Below are positions 15,360 through 31,991 of a stretch of 64,000 nucleotides of DNA, in pieces. The notes beneath the pieces are model-generated. The model saw only the letters and a list, made by a program, of their open reading frames with translations. It ran no database searches and was not told the origin of the DNA. The translations under genes were made by a program, and so were the position numbers. Each line of letters starts with the position of its first letter. Within the stretch, counting starts at the first letter, position 1. The DNA comes from Eledone cirrhosa (lineage: Eukaryota). The stretch is taken from positions 55,304,001 through 55,368,000 of the forward strand of contig OZ024742.1 in the NCBI GenBank assembly GCA_964016885.1, read 5' to 3'.

Positions 15360-15772
15360 ATATAAGTATGTTTACGTACATACATATATGTATACAGACG
15401 TACAGTAGTATGTATATATAAATACATACATGCACACATATATATATGTACGTATGAATTCACCGAACATTTATTATAATGCTCGGTGTGTTTGTAAACA
15501 AACATCCCGTATTAAGCCGTAGTGTCCAGCAACCATCGTTGCTCGTTTGTTCAACACTGACAAAGAAACACTGTACTAGTTTCAAGCTTATTAGCTATCG
15601 TCAGCAACGTATACCTTCCTGCCAGATGATTGAACGTGTGAAACACAACGAGCATTATAATAAATGTTCGGTGAATCCACACGTACATATATATATGTGT
15701 GCATATATGTATTTATATATACATACTACTGTACGTCTCTATACATATATGTATGTACGTATACATACTTAT
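15360..15772. mobile_element. Fold-back insertion with an HHR in the spacer
   Basis: Inverted arms about 15362-15493 and 15641-15772. Confidence 0.8.
15569..15609 (-). ncRNA. Minimal type I hammerhead ribozyme
   Basis: CGTTG-CTGACGA-tAGCTaataAGCTt-GAAA-CTAG-TA-CAGTG. Confidence 0.85.
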
Positions 15773-15814
15773 ATATATATATATATATACAAAGAGAGAG
15801 AGAGAGAGAGAGAG

Positions 15815-15869
<55 letters not shown>

Positions 15870-17293
15870 CATAGTTATATATAATCCAGATATTGATGTC
15901 TACTTGTCAACACGTTGTTGCTTGTTTGGTGCAAATATTCTGAAATGGCCACTACCATTACAGCGTCATACCTGTGTGTGTGTGTGTGGGGGGGGGGGCG
16001 CGTGTGTGTGTGTAAAATTCTAGCTAAGCATATTTATGTTAGGTTATGTGTATATTTATGAATAAATCAAATCATGAATGAAGCTAAATCTCATGGGGGA
16101 GAAACTGAATGAAAACGCTAGATCATTAAAATATATATAGCTATTAGATTTAGTGATGCAAAACACGACATAAAATTATATTGGCATCTTGCGGTATCCT
16201 AAGTAGCAAGGCTTATAAATACAATAATATGTAACCTGAAAATAGGCCTCTGTATCTACAGGGAAGCAATATCATACGAACAAAGAGTAGCAACAAGTGG
16301 TGCTTCAAACTATAAATACAATGTTATGAAAACACAAATCAACAATTCACAAAACATAATTCATAAAACATGATAAAAAAAATCATGCAAAAGCCAAATT
16401 TGTTACATATTTTTGTGCATTAAAATCTATTATTTATTTCATAATAAAATTCGTTCTAATATATCAGTATACGAATTTACCTTTGCCGCCAATGCCTACG
16501 CTGTCATGCTTCTCTTGAAAGTTATGGTCTCAAATCTGTCATGACCAACACTCATGCTGACAATGAAGAGCGTTTCACACCAGATCTGTTTGACCCGTAA
16601 ATATTGGCTAGATAACGGGCTACAGCATCCATCACTCTCTCGGGATATCTCTACGCGATTGGAACTAGTTTCCATACATTTTGCAATGTGTTCATTTTCT
16701 CGGCCCGCTCATTTGTATATATATATATATATATATACTTCGTTTTGGGATTTGTTTTGCAAGATTTCGTATCTGAAAACGTGTGTTGAAACCTATTTTT
16801 ATACTTTGGGACGGTCATGCTGCTAATAAAAACACACGCACCAGATGGTTTTCACTTCAATTTACATGAACGTCGGTTGGTTGGTACGATAACCGGATGG
16901 ATGTTTATATATTGTCAATGCTCTTTCGTCACACACTATGTTACCTCCTCAGTGACTATGTTTTATGTTGCGTCTCACTTTTTTCTGTCCCACACCATTA
17001 GGTGCGTGTATCTTTATTGTCAGCATGACTCTCCCAAAGTATAACACTATATTATATATAAATATATATATAAGATAACAAGATATCGTTAATGGTAATC
17101 CGACTAGAGGTTGTGAAAAATTCTTATCATGAATAGTTTAAGCGTACGGCGTTGTAAGACTCAACAAGAGGTTTACGTGGATGACGAGTTTATGACTTCA
17201 CTTGCATTCCTGTGTAAGTATATCTTGGAGTAATAAAATTGAAAAATTGAAGAATAACATGGTCGACAGTACAAACAAGGAAATTTATTTACA

Positions 17294-17398
17294 GTCTAAC
17301 AATTGTTTCTATGATAGAGTTGTCTAAGAATTGCTAAACACAGAAGGTAGTGTCACTCAATTTAAAATACATCTAATCTCTATCATTTCGTCAGAGAC
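17294..17398 (-). ncRNA. Type I hammerhead with 78-nt stem II domain
   Basis: GTCT-CTGACGA-aATGATAGAG...CTCTATCATa-GAAA-CAATTG-TT-AGAC. Confidence 0.85.
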
Positions 17399-18539
17399 CA
17401 AGAGAAAATGAAATAAATATGCGTAACGGTAAATTTACAAATTCAAATTCGCACATCAATATTAATATTAACAATAAAGATATAGAGAGAAACAGAGGAA
17501 CGAGGACACATGAAAAGGAGGGGAGTAGGAATGACTAGAGAGAGAAAGAAAATACAAATAAATATGTAACCGGCAAGTTTACGAGTTCAAACTATCACAT
17601 CAAAATAGTAGTAGTAATAGAGATACAGGTAGAAAGAAAAGAGTGGGGATAGAATTAGTGAAGGTAGAGAAAAGAAAGAAAGATGAAGAAAGAAACAGAG
17701 AAAGAGGCAGAGAAAGATGAAGAAGGATAAGAGAAAGGAAAAGAGAAAAAGAAATAGAAGGAAGAAGACTTGGGGAGTATTACAGCTAAAAATGTGAAAG
17801 CATGTCATCAAATGAAAGAAAGAAGAGAAAATGCGTGTGAACAAATGAGTTATTGTTGATAAATATAGGCAGAAATAGGATGGAGAGAAGGCGGAAGAGG
17901 AGCAGACCGATGAATATACGTTAATGCAAGAATGGATGTAAGTGAAAATAGAGATATAAACTAGAAACAAATAAATAAATAAATTTAAAAAAAACTAAAA
18001 AAAGTAAAAATAGTAAAAGAGGTTAAAATAATAAATAAATAAATAAAAAAGTAAATAAATAAATAAATAAATAGTTAGATGAGTAAATAAGTAAGTTACA
18101 TTTATTTTTATATAAAATGGTATAATATTTGAAAAGTAGAGATGAGAATCCTTAAATAAATAAATGTGTTGAAGAGACTAATAAGAATAATATTAATGTT
18201 ATTTTGAATAGTTATTGATGATTGTTAGATATGGGTAGATGTTAAATTGAACATATGATAATATTGGATATATTTATGTGTGTATTGGATATTTTAATAA
18301 GTAAATTAACTAGTTTAAGATGCATTACATGATAAGATAAAACGATCGAGATGAAATAGGTTTAAGTAGAGAAATGCAAAGACAAATGGTGAAAGATAGA
18401 CATGTATAAGATGAGAATGTAAATACAGTAGGTTCTGATGTTGTTCTTTGGTAATTATAATGGTGACGATGCTGCTGATAATGTGATACCGAAGTAGATT
18501 CTAATGGTATAAACGGGATAAGGAATAGAAAAGATGGAA

Positions 18540-18880
18540 TTAAGATGGTCTAAAATTCTCGAATTTTGTTGCTGATTTATGCCGACAGAAAATAGTTCGT
18601 TCAATTATACTGTTAAGAAGGGCTTTGCTGAAATTAAGAATTTGGAAAAGTTCCATATTACAGAGCCTGCAGTGGGACATACCAATTTGATAGGCCTTTG
18701 CTTATGACAATATTGTCCAACTGATCTCGTATTCAACGCTTGTATTATTGACTTTCCAGATTTTGTTGGCGAGAGTTGTTGTATTTGAGAGATTCTTATT
18801 AATCAGAGAATGTCTGTGCACATACCACCTTTTTTAAAAAACACCAGCTGTTCAACAAATGTAATACCATGCCAGGCCAC
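18540..18880 (-). pseudogene. GIY-YIG endonuclease C-terminal remnant
   Basis: Manual translation RWYVHRHSL..TTTLANKIW..YEISWTILS*AKAY..CRLCNMELFQI..LLN..FCRHK. Confidence 0.85.
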
Positions 18881-19056
18881 CTGAATTTATAGTACATAGA
18901 TATACCAAATATTTCTCTAACTTTATCTCCTCCCCTCCTTTCCATATGTCCTCCTTCCTCTGTTTCTCTCTATATCTTTATAATTAATATTAATATTGAT
19001 GTGCTAATTTGAATTTGTAAATTTACCGTTACGCATATTTATTTTATTTTCTCTTG

Positions 19057-19161
19057 GTATCTGACGAAATGATAGAGATTATATGTATTTTAAATTGAAT
19101 GACACTAGCTTCTGTGTTTAGCAGTGTTTAGACAACTCTATAATTGAAACAATTGTTAGAC
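19057..19161 (+). ncRNA. Hammerhead, inverted and slightly decayed copy of 17294-17398
   Basis: CTGACGA...GAAA CAATTG TT AGAC; mismatches in stems I and II. Confidence 0.7.
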
Positions 19162-19214
19162 TGTAAATAAATTTCCTTGTTTGTACTGTCGACCATGTTT
19201 CAATTATATATATA

Positions 19215-19347
<133 letters not shown>

Positions 19348-19386
19348 GATATTAATAAATGGAAACTATATTTATAAAACCATATT

Positions 19387-19451
19387 TATTTCATTATACA
19401 TATTTCAAGGATACCATGTCAAATTATGGTATGCCTTCAACAGACAAAATA
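19387..19451 (-). ncRNA. Hammerhead in family B 3' pLTR (core CTGTTGA, likely dead)
   Basis: Same fold as 23478-23541 with one core change. Confidence 0.65.
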
Positions 19452-20530
19452 CAATATATACCAGTTTTATAAATAAACGTTGACGTACCCTTTCAAAATG
19501 CAACCGTTACTTTTGGAAGACATCAAGATAGTGGTTTGTTTATTTTAGTAAGTCGTTGTGTCATGGAGAAGGAAAAAGACGGAGAGAGAGAGAGAAACCG
19601 AGAGAGATAAAAGTGGAGAAAAGAAAGGGAGAGATAAATAAAGAAAAAGAAGAAAGAAGAAGAAAAAAAGAAAACAGAGAAAAACAACAGAGAGATATCA
19701 AACCACCAAACAGAGAGAAAAAATCAAGAGAGAGAAATATAGAGATAGAGAGAGGGGGAGAGAACGAAAACCTTAATTCATGTCATATTAAGTTGAGTTA
19801 ACAATTGAGATGAAATGAATAAATAAAATTAGAAATATGAATATTCATGAATGGAATATACATATATAATATGAGAAATTAATCATTGTTTAGTTATGAT
19901 TAGATATTTAATTTAAAAATTGAGATCAATATATTAAAAATTGGAATTTAAACATTACGAAATATATATATTGCTAGAGAAATTACCTATCATATAGCAC
20001 GTACATATAAGCAAAAAAAAAAGAAAATGTATATATATATATATAAATATATACACACACACTCAGAAAATACACACTATATCTACTTCCGCATATAATA
20101 TTTACATACAAAGCAATAATGATTTTTTTTATTACTGCTATATATTCCTTGTGTTATTAAATAACATTTTTTAGTATATATATATATAAATATATAGGAT
20201 TAACTTTCATGCATTTATGGCTGTTAAAATAAGGCTGTTAAATTATGCATATCTGCAATCAAATTGCATGGGTACACATGTACATGTACACACACAATTC
20301 TTACATATACATATATAAACATGTGTGTGCATCTTCACCCAATTGGTAGACATGCGTCACTCATGCATATATACAGACAGACATATATTCATAAAAATGC
20401 ATTCAACACATGCATATGTATGTTAATACACATACATACATACTTAGTCGTATAGAGATAAGTATACATCAATATATTACATAGTACAATTGAGTATATA
20501 AATACAAAAGGATTATATATTGGAAATATA

Positions 20531-20920
20531 ATTATATCAATATAACCTAAAAACAAAGAAATTCTACAAATATCAAAATATTAAAATATTTTAAAATATT
20601 ATATAATATTTTAAGTTAAAATAATATGTTTAATAGATTTAGTATAGAAATTTATCTTACGTCTATTTTATTCAAGATATTGAAAGGATAAACTTTTGAA
20701 AATTATGAGAAGCTATCAGAATAAAAATAAACCTAATAAAAAGTAAATAAAATATTATATCAATATAACTTAAATAACAAAAGAATTCTACAAATATCAA
20801 AATATTAAAATATTTTAAAATATTATAGAATATTCTAAGTTAAAATAATATGTTTAATATATTTAGTATAGAAATTTATCTTACGCATATTTTACTCAAG
20901 ATATTGATAGGATAAACTTT
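20531..20920. repeat. Tandem duplication (about 167-bp arms) in the family B 3' UTR
   Basis: 20531-20697 matches about 20754-20920. Confidence 0.85.
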
Positions 20921-21069
20921 TCTAGAATAGTTTATTATATTTATATTTATATTTAGGAAGAAAATTTATTTATACTTGAGTACTTAACCAAAGAAAATTA
21001 AAAAGGTGTAGGAATTTAATGATTTATCGATAGGTTTCATATATTAACCAAATTGCTTAATTAATTATA

Positions 21070-23299
21070 CTACATTTTAAATTTATATTTATATTTAAAC
21101 GTTGAGTTCAATCTATGTCGGCAGCAACTGAATAAATTATTCCTTAAATTAAGGGAATTTTTGGTCTTTAATATAAAGAATATTTCCTCTATACAAAGAT
21201 CGCAATTTTCCGAAGAGGAATTAAAAGGAGTAACTTTTGAAATAATATTCCAAATCAGCGAATATTCAACATTATCTCGTTTTAGGTCCCATAATAGGCT
21301 AGATACCGAAGTTGAAGATGTTTTGTTTGGATCTGTAAAATAATTTTTATGATTATTGAAGCGGGATTTAAACTCTGTGGAGGTGGAACCGACATAATTA
21401 AATGAATTTAAATTCGTTTTAACATTACAATTATAAATTACATTTTTAGCTAAGCAGTTGTTATTTAACGGACATTTGGATTTATTTCTACAGTTACAAT
21501 TATTCGATTGAATATTTCTTGGGTTATTATTGGTATTTTGGTTAGGTTTTAAATTTCTATTATTAATTCTATTAATATTTTGCGCTAAATTTTTGGTGGA
21601 AGAGTAAGTTAATTTTATAGTATGTCTATTAAAAATTGAGTAATATCTATGTGTTCTAGGGAAGCGTTTGTCAACAGCTTTAAAGAATAGTTTAGCAATA
21701 GGGGTTTTAATATTTAGTGAGAAAGGAGGAGCGAACCATAATATATTAGTAGTTCTATTTCTTTTACGGCTTTCGGAATTATTGTAATGTGTTCTATTAT
21801 AGTTGTTAAAATTGTTTCCATAATTAAAGTTGTTATTATTTTGGTTAGTTTTTATATTATTATTATTATCGATGTATTTAATTTTATTTCTATACCCAGC
21901 TCTACCTAACGCTTCGTTGTAATAATGCGCTTGTTCATCAAATATATTCTTATTCGATGAAATTCTTGAAATTCTTTCTTGTACAGAGTTCACTATAGTA
22001 TTTTTAACGTATCTGGGGTGATTAGAGTTAAAATTGACATAATTTAAGTTCTTATTTAGTTTATGAAATGGATAATGAAGATATGTGTTGAGAGTTAGTG
22101 TTACATCTAGAAAATTGACTATTTTATGGTTATTCTCTATTTCTACTTTTAGATTAAGGTAATTAAAAAATTGTATAATTTGTTTTCTTTTTCTATTTAG
22201 TTCACAGCTATTATTTTCTATAAGTAAAAGCATGTCGTCACGATATAAGCCTCCGGTTACACCTGGTATTTTTCTATGTAGAGAATTAATTATAAATAGG
22301 CCCACAAGGTCCGTTACCTGAGCTGAGTCTGAAGATCCCATAGTTATGTCGAAATTATTATTTCTATCTGCCCTAATCCAGAGTTGGTTATTAAATTCTA
22401 TTAATGTTTTCCGTGCCGATAATATAATGTGCATGTCATTGCTAGTTAGGTCTGAATGTTTAAATGCGTAAGTTAGTGCCTTATTCAGTAGATTAGGAGT
22501 GATAGATGAGTAGTAGTTAGCAATATCAAACTGAATAAACTTATTATTATAGTTATATTTAATTTTTTTTAAACCAATCGATAACTTCACTAGTCCCTTT
22601 CCATAATTTTAAGTAAGATAAATTAGGTAAATTCTTAATTTGTTGTATTATTCTGTCTAGAATATTTTTGCTAAGTCTGCGCAGGTCAGATTTAGATGGT
22701 GCAATTAATCTGACTGGTAAATCATTTTCAAAGTTTCTTTTATGATCCTTCACATTAATCTTAGGTTTCCTTGGCATGAAGGGTTGTGTTTTATTTTCAA
22801 TGTCTAGTTCATGCATTATACAAGAGGCATCTGTATTCAGTTTTTCAAGTTCGTCCTTATTTGCTACTTTGTATTTCTTCCTTAGTTCCTTCAATATAAG
22901 GTCGTTATAAATGTCCTTTTGCATTCCGTAAAGATTATTGGTTTTGTCCGACTTGACTAGAATTTTCTCCGTTTTCTCCAAGTTTTCAATATTATCCTTA
23001 ATATCTCTTAAGTATTCTTGGCCTTTAAAGTTGCTTTTGAATTTGATGCTTTGGATGATAGATATGATATCATTTTCAAAATCCATTAGTAGTTTGTTGG
23101 GGGTTGGATTTTTTTAGATTTGAAGATTTTATCCAGATTTGAAACATTTTCATTAAGATTAGATTTATCGAAGTGGAAAAGCACGCCACCTGATTCTTCT
23201 TATAAAAGAGTCTGATTTTTTAATTAATTGTTTAATAAAATCTTTATTCCTAGGTAGAGGTATGTCTTTTAGAGAAGAAGAGATCTTAAAGAATTCCAT
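21070..23299 (-). pseudogene. PLE RT + GIY-YIG polyprotein with three 1-nt homopolymer frameshifts
   Basis: MEFFKISSSLKDIP..RWRAF, KSDKT, IQFDI, MGSSDSAQVTDL, GLYRDD, CNCRNKSKCPL, VIY..YVG, CDLC, SCCRH. Confidence 0.92.
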
Positions 23300-23477
23300 T
23301 TTCCAGTTATAATGTATAGCGCTCAACAATACAGGAGCAGAGTATATGCAAAAGTTCTATTTAAATTGTTGGGATACAACAAGCAAATATTTTTATAACT
23401 GATATAAAGCATTCGACAAGTATTTGGAGTAAATATACGATATTAATAAATGGAAACTATATTTATAAAACCATATT

Positions 23478-23541
23478 TATTTCATTATACATATTTCAAG
23501 GATACCATGTTAATTATGGTATGCCTTCATCAGACAAAATA
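23478..23541 (-). ncRNA. Type I hammerhead ribozyme in family B 5' pLTR
   Basis: TATTTTGT-CTGATGA-AGGcATACCA..TGGTATCCTT-GAAA-TATGTA-TA-ATGAAATA. Confidence 0.82.
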
Positions 23542-24086
23542 CAATAAATACTAGTTTTATAAATAAACATTGACGTACCCTTTCAAAATGCGACCGTTAC
23601 TTTTGGAAGACATCAGGATAGTGGTTTGTTTATTTTAGTAAGTCGTTGTGTTATGGAGATGGAAAAAGACGGAGAGAGAGAGAGAAACCGAGAGAGATAA
23701 AAGTGGAGAAAAGAAAGGGAGAGATAAATAAAGACAAAGAAAACAGAGAAAAACAACAGAGAGATATCAAACCACCAGACAGAGAGAAAAAATCAAGAGA
23801 GAGAAATATAGAGATAGAGAGGGGGGGAGAGAACGAAAACCTTAAGTCATGTCATATTAAGTTGAGTTAACAATTGAGATGAAATGAATAAATAAAATTA
23901 GAAATATTAATATACATGAATGGAATATACATATATACTATGAGAAATTAATCATTGTTTAGTTATGATTAGATATTTAATTTAAAAATTGAGATCAATA
24001 TATTAAAAATTGTAATTTAAACAGTACGAAATATATATATTGCTAGAGAAATTACCTATCATATATCACGTACATATACGCAAAAA

Positions 24087-24127
<41 letters not shown>

Positions 24128-27100
24128 TCAGAAAATACACACTATATCTACTTCCGCATATAATATATACATACAAAGCATAAATGATTTTTTTTATTAC
24201 TGCTATATATTCCTTGTGTTATTAAATAAAATTTGTTAGTATATATATATATATATAAATATATAGGATTAACTTTCATGCATTTATGGCTGTTAAAATA
24301 TGGCTGTTAAATTATGCATATCTGCAATCAAATTGCATGGGTACACATGTACATGTACACACACAATTCTTACATATACATATATAAACATGTGTGTGCA
24401 TCTTCACCCAATTGGTAGACATGCGTCACTCATGCATATATACAGACAGACATATATTCATAAAAATGCATACAACACATGCATATGTATGTTAATACAC
24501 ATACATACATACTTAGTCGTATATATATATATATACACACATATTACGAACAAAGCAATGTTTCACAATAAGACCAATGGGAACATCATTGTCGAGTGTG
24601 TGTAAATAAGTCTTTAATATATCACTAATGAATGTTACAAGTACAATTTCCTATTATATCCCATTACCTCCTGTAAATAATTCCATTATCTATACTATTT
24701 TGCATCTCAATTATCAAATTAGATTTGCTTAAACTGAATGAATAAGCAATATCAGCTTTTAGTTTCCTCATTCCCTTTATACCACCTGTTATTGTCATTT
24801 ATATAGTTAAGATAAAATCGTATCAAATCTGAAAAATACATTTACACGAAAGCGGCAGGCCTGGTCCATTGCTTTCTTCTTTTATTGATTGAAAAAAAAA
24901 AATGTTTCACACAATGATCAGTATTGGAGATAGACAAATGATAATCTTGTTAACGTTTTCAATTGATATATACATCAAGTGAAAGTGTTGGATTCTAGAA
25001 ATATTTTTTTCGTGTTTATACAAAGGTAGTTATAATACCATTGGGATCTTATTTAGCATTTATCTCTTTCGAGCCAGGGAACTAAGTACAGGTTGTGTAC
25101 CCAAATTCGTTTGCGCTTGTTATTCCCACAATAAATTTTTAATGGCGTAATCATTTTAGAAACAGGTATTTATTATTTGCGCAACCGAATCGATATGACG
25201 CCGTATAAAATTTCTCACAAGAATTTGATAGGGTTGTTTTACTTTAAATCTCTTGAGATTGAATTTACTTTCATCTCTCTTCGAATAAATAGAAATCAGT
25301 AGAACAAAATTACTAGAGTTCATTTTATCGACTATGTATCAATTGAGCGATCGTTTATTTCGACTGTTTCAAATGAGTCAATAGAATTATGTACTGGGGC
25401 ATTTTATGTATACTACCAGTAACCTTAGAACAGAATTCTGCTGTAATTATTTCAAATCACATTGTCTATTGAAGTTTTTTCATCACTACTGTCTTATAAA
25501 AACCTTGACAATTACTGTTAAAAGCACTAAATGCAACTATTTTCTGTTAAAATATTGGAAGATTAAAAGTTATTTGCCAATATTGTCACACTATCTATAA
25601 GATACTATTTAAGAGAAAAATAGTGACTGATAAAACAGTACTTTCTGACAATTATGGGTCCTCTATTGGCATAACTAACTGCACAACTGTTGAATTTGAT
25701 GATAATTGAAAAGTCTCGGAGTATCCTCTGCTGGTAAGTAGCTCCTTTAACGTTACCCATCTTTGGTTGTAATAAGATATAGCTTTCTTCGTAGAAAATA
25801 TAGTCTATATTTTGGCTAATATATAAAATATATTTTGGTGAATAGACGTGAATCCCCATATGCCATTGACCTGATAATGAAATTAATTTAGCCGTTAAAT
25901 GAATCTATTCAGCTTCTAAAATGTAATTGGTTTAACACCGCCTCATTAAAATGGTAATATATATTTATTTTGTAAACGAGAGCTCTGCTCCATGCTTTCC
26001 CCCAGTCAGTTGTTATTAATTAATGTTCGCATTTTCAAAATACAAAATGTTTATACTGACATATTAATTGATGATAGATTTATTGGATTATTATTTGTTG
26101 AAAGTATGCATGTGCGTGTAGCTGTAAATATATATTTCCAATAACTTTACATGATAAATTCAGAAATAGGAGCTGTCTCGAACGTGCTTTTCTGACAATG
26201 TTTTATGAAGTATGAAACCAATATTCACTTCACTGTGTATGGTTTCTCGTGAAGGCACGTGTCTTAGTGATTACAGTATTCGACTGGCCATGTCAATTTC
26301 AGGAGTGAGGCATTGATCAGACAATTGTAACACTCGTCATCGTTACCGACAGAAATCCAACTAACCTGTATACCGAAGTTGAAAAATTATGATAAGAATT
26401 ATATTTTGATTAGTCATAATCGTATGCTAAGCTTTATTACTGAGGATATTGTCAAGAAAAAATATATGTCAAATAAACGTAGCATACGAATAATTAAGGA
26501 GGGTGTTTTGTATCGTTAAATTAACATATATTACAATTGACAGGAGCATTACAGTCTTATGTAAAATTGTATTCATTAAATATTCGTTATATGTTCGCAC
26601 AGCTGTAAAGTCACTGAATAGTTGCATGTTTCTGCAGAGTTTAACGATGTGCGAATTAAATACGGGTTACTCATTCACCATACGAATTTGATTTGGATAC
26701 ATAGTCTATAACATTAAACATGTCATTCTGAAATAATAATGAATTATTTCTTTGTTTTTTTTTTCTAACATTGGCATAATGCCCTCAATTGTATTTTATT
26801 TCATCGTCTCCGGAAGTCGAACATGGCGGAATCCAGATTAAGAACGTATAAATTAATAACTAATCTGCTGAAAGCATTTATGTCTAAGGTTGTAACGCAT
26901 GTCTAAGGCTAATCCACCGCATTTTAGTAGTAACAAATCACTCTAACATTTAAAAAAGGCTAGACGTTTTACTGGTTATTTATCCTTCGAGGAAGGATGA
27001 AAAGCGGGGTTCCCCTCGATGGGATTTGAACGGAAAACGAGCAAACACTATTACACAATTCCAAAACAAAACATTCTACCAATCCAACAATCTAATAATA

Positions 27101-27551
27101 ATGATAAAGACACAAATAATCAAAAGCAGAATATGTGATTGAATATATCACTAGATGGATGAGTGAAATACTATAATCTGAATTGAATTAAATGGACTTA
27201 TGGTAACCTAAATGTAAATAATATGTACATTTAGAAGAAATTGAGAATAAAAAAAAAAAATGATAGTTTATCGTGAATGTGCATATGTGTAAGTAAGCGC
27301 GTGTTTATGTTCATATATTGATATTATTTTGAATTCACAATGCTGTTAATGCATATAATCCATTAGATGTATTATATCTAAAAATCCAATACATAAACGT
27401 ATCAAATAGTAAGTTAAAATGTAAAAGACTTCTTAGGTAACGGTGCTCTCTGCTTGAATATATGTAAAACGTTATACATGTAATGTTATATACAAACATG
27501 TACACACACTCACACACACTGAACACACACACACACGCATTTATATATGTA

Positions 27552-27612
<61 letters not shown>

Positions 27613-27613
<1 letters not shown>

Positions 27614-27843
27614 AATATACACGGGTGTGTATGATTGTGTATAAAAGATTATATTAATAAATTGAATTCCAACTTTGTCTGATTTACTCGTTTTATTTAC
27701 AATCCTTTAAAATTTATAATGGTATTATAATGAAATAGTATGATAGAATATTAAATGTTAAGTGTTAATTGAACAAGTACTTTCATGCTTTCCCAATCTT
27801 CAGGTTCATAATGTGTGGTGACAGTCAAGTTTGCAACTTTCAA
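27613..27843 (-). mobile_element. PLE terminal fragment, same family as 11750-12190, with HHR at 27770-27808
   Basis: Near-identical to 11753-11980; intact CTGAAGA and GAAA cores, one stem II mismatch. Confidence 0.8.
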
Positions 27844-27867
27844 AATATATATATATATGTGTGTTTA

Positions 27868-29510
<1,643 letters not shown>

Positions 29511-29803
29511 AGTTGGAGAGAGAGATATTTAGAGTATGTTAAAGTACGCTGGATCAACAATTCTGATAAAATGTAACTAAAGCAAAATTGGGTGCAATTC
29601 GTTCTTTCTTTTTTGTGGGCATTAGATGTGTTAGTCATTGAAATTTCCAATGTAATTAAAAATAAAAACATACTTGTGATGAAAGTTTTATTAAATTTGT
29701 ACAACGATTATTCCGCCCGTAAATCCCAATTTCTGAAGATATATAATTGCATATGACAGTAAATCGTTTGTATTATCGTGCATTATGATTTAGCATCGAG
29801 CTC

Positions 29804-29844
29804 TGTAAGTGCATCCGATGCCGAAGGTATCGGATGCACTTACA
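29804..29844. repeat. 41-bp hairpin/palindrome
   Basis: tgtaagtgcatccgatgcc-gaa-ggtatcggatgcacttaca. Confidence 0.85.
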
Positions 29845-31255
29845 AGGGGGTGTGACAATTTTGTAGAACTAAAACGTGAGAAGATTCTATTGTTATACTT
29901 TGTGAATTCAGCAGACTTCATTGATATTATGCTTGCGAGTCAGTAGATCGTTTTGACGTCATGTAACTTTCTGGTTCTGTTGGAATAGGAGTATACATTT
30001 TGGTCTTACATTAGATTTCCTGTCACGTGTTCTCAAATAGATTCAGTGTAACACAGTGTGTGACATGGCTGGGCGTTTGAATGGACTGGAGCAACGTAAC
30101 AAAGGTTTTTAGTTCTAGGACTCATCGGGTCACAAGGAATCGATACCAGAACCATGTGGTCGTGAGCCGAAAACCATTTTCACAATTCTACGCACGTTCA
30201 TTTTGAGTAACATGTTATTCCAAATAACTGTGCAATAAGGTTTTCTTATTTGGGCACAAGTGGAGTATTAAATCCTGTATATGAACGATACCTAATTGTA
30301 TCAATCCATCAATACTGAAAGGCAAAGAGATTTGAACTCAGAACCTAAAGAGTCTGAAAACAGCTCCAGGGCAATTGTCTAACGCTCTCGTGACACTGCC
30401 AATCCATCCTTCTTAAACTTAGTAATAATCTCAAATGACAAAACGCATTTCATTTTACTGAACAAAAAAAATTCAGAAAATGCAATATTGCTATTTAAAT
30501 TTCGTAGTTTCTTATGTATTTCTGTAAGTCTCCTCTTTTGGAAATAAATTATTTTATTTTACTTACATGATTTATTTAATTGCCGCCGGTTATATATGAC
30601 TTTATATTTTTACCTGTTTATAAGCGAACTTGTAGATTATACATTTACGTTGAATTCAAAACTACATTGTATTCAAACTATATGTTATCACGATTGTTGT
30701 ATTATTCTAGTGACAATCTTTTATATATTACCTACCAAAATAGATGTATATGTATATATTTAACAGATTTATCATATTTACAACGTACAATAACATCTCT
30801 CTAAACCACCAGGAAGCATTATTGCTAATTTGGTGATATGAGTATTAGGAGTTAAATGTTCAAAACTGAAGAGTTAAAACACACTCAGACACACGCATTC
30901 ATACATCCTACATAAAACTTTCGCATTCCCTGCGTTTGCTTTAATCTGTTTTTCGCTTGCAGTCATCCGGTTATAATTGTCTTTGTTTTTGATCTTATGT
31001 TAGTTGAGTGAGTGTCTTCAAGCTGTTAGTTCATGTGAATGTAACGATTTGTTATCCTAGACAAAGTTTGAATTAGGATTCGGCTCAATAAGCGGGATAG
31101 TTTTCTAGATTGGTGATTTGAGATGTTAGGCTTATTTACTTTGCTGGGTTCGATGGGGGTATATGGTAGGGGAATATTTCGGGTAGTTGCAGTGAATGTG
31201 TGGGTGCATGGCCAATTAAGCAAAACCAAAATCTTACCTGCTGAACCACCTATTT

Positions 31256-31329
<74 letters not shown>

Positions 31330-31529
31330 CGGTGGGAGGGACCGTCCTGAACAAGGGCAGTCAAGCCTAAAATGCATAGACAGTTTTCCCCCTCGCTTTT
31401 GCTGGACACCACCAGAGGGCGTTAGCCCAGGTGTTTGCATAGCTACGGCTTCCTAAAACCGTGTTTCTTTAGAAATACGAAATTTCTATACATATTTGTA
31501 TAAAGCTATGCTTGAAGCGAAATCTAAGT

Positions 31530-31577
<48 letters not shown>

Positions 31578-31581
<4 letters not shown>

Positions 31582-31906
31582 ATACTTGGGGAGGGTCATA
31601 TTGTTGTAATAATATTGCCAGAATTAATAGCAGAACACACTCACTGTTTGGTTGGTTTTCGCTTCTGTATCTTTTATATCAGTTAATCTAATTTATTCGG
31701 TCCTCAATATTTACCATTGACTGACCAACGGTCAAAAATACAGATATAATATAGACACAAACACATATATATAGTCTAACAAAGTTCTTTCGTTGCACAT
31801 CTGCACCATCGTCAGTGGTGCTATTATGTTTCCTCCTGTTTTATTGTATGTCTACGCCATCTTTATTTAATCTGTTTATTTATTTTTGTCTTCTTCTCTC
31901 GCAAAA

Positions 31907-31910
<4 letters not shown>
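31578..31910. mobile_element. (TA)n-embedded insertion, same family as 12221-12695
   Basis: Collinear similarity over about 290 bp. Confidence 0.75.

Positions 31911-31991
<81 letters not shown>

Larger units (their letters stand above)
17075..19200 (-). mobile_element. 5'-truncated PLE (family D) with inverted 5' pLTR
   Basis: Inverted repeat about 17255-17525 / 18930-19200 around a long 3' UTR and an endonuclease remnant; TA tracts on both sides. Confidence 0.85.
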
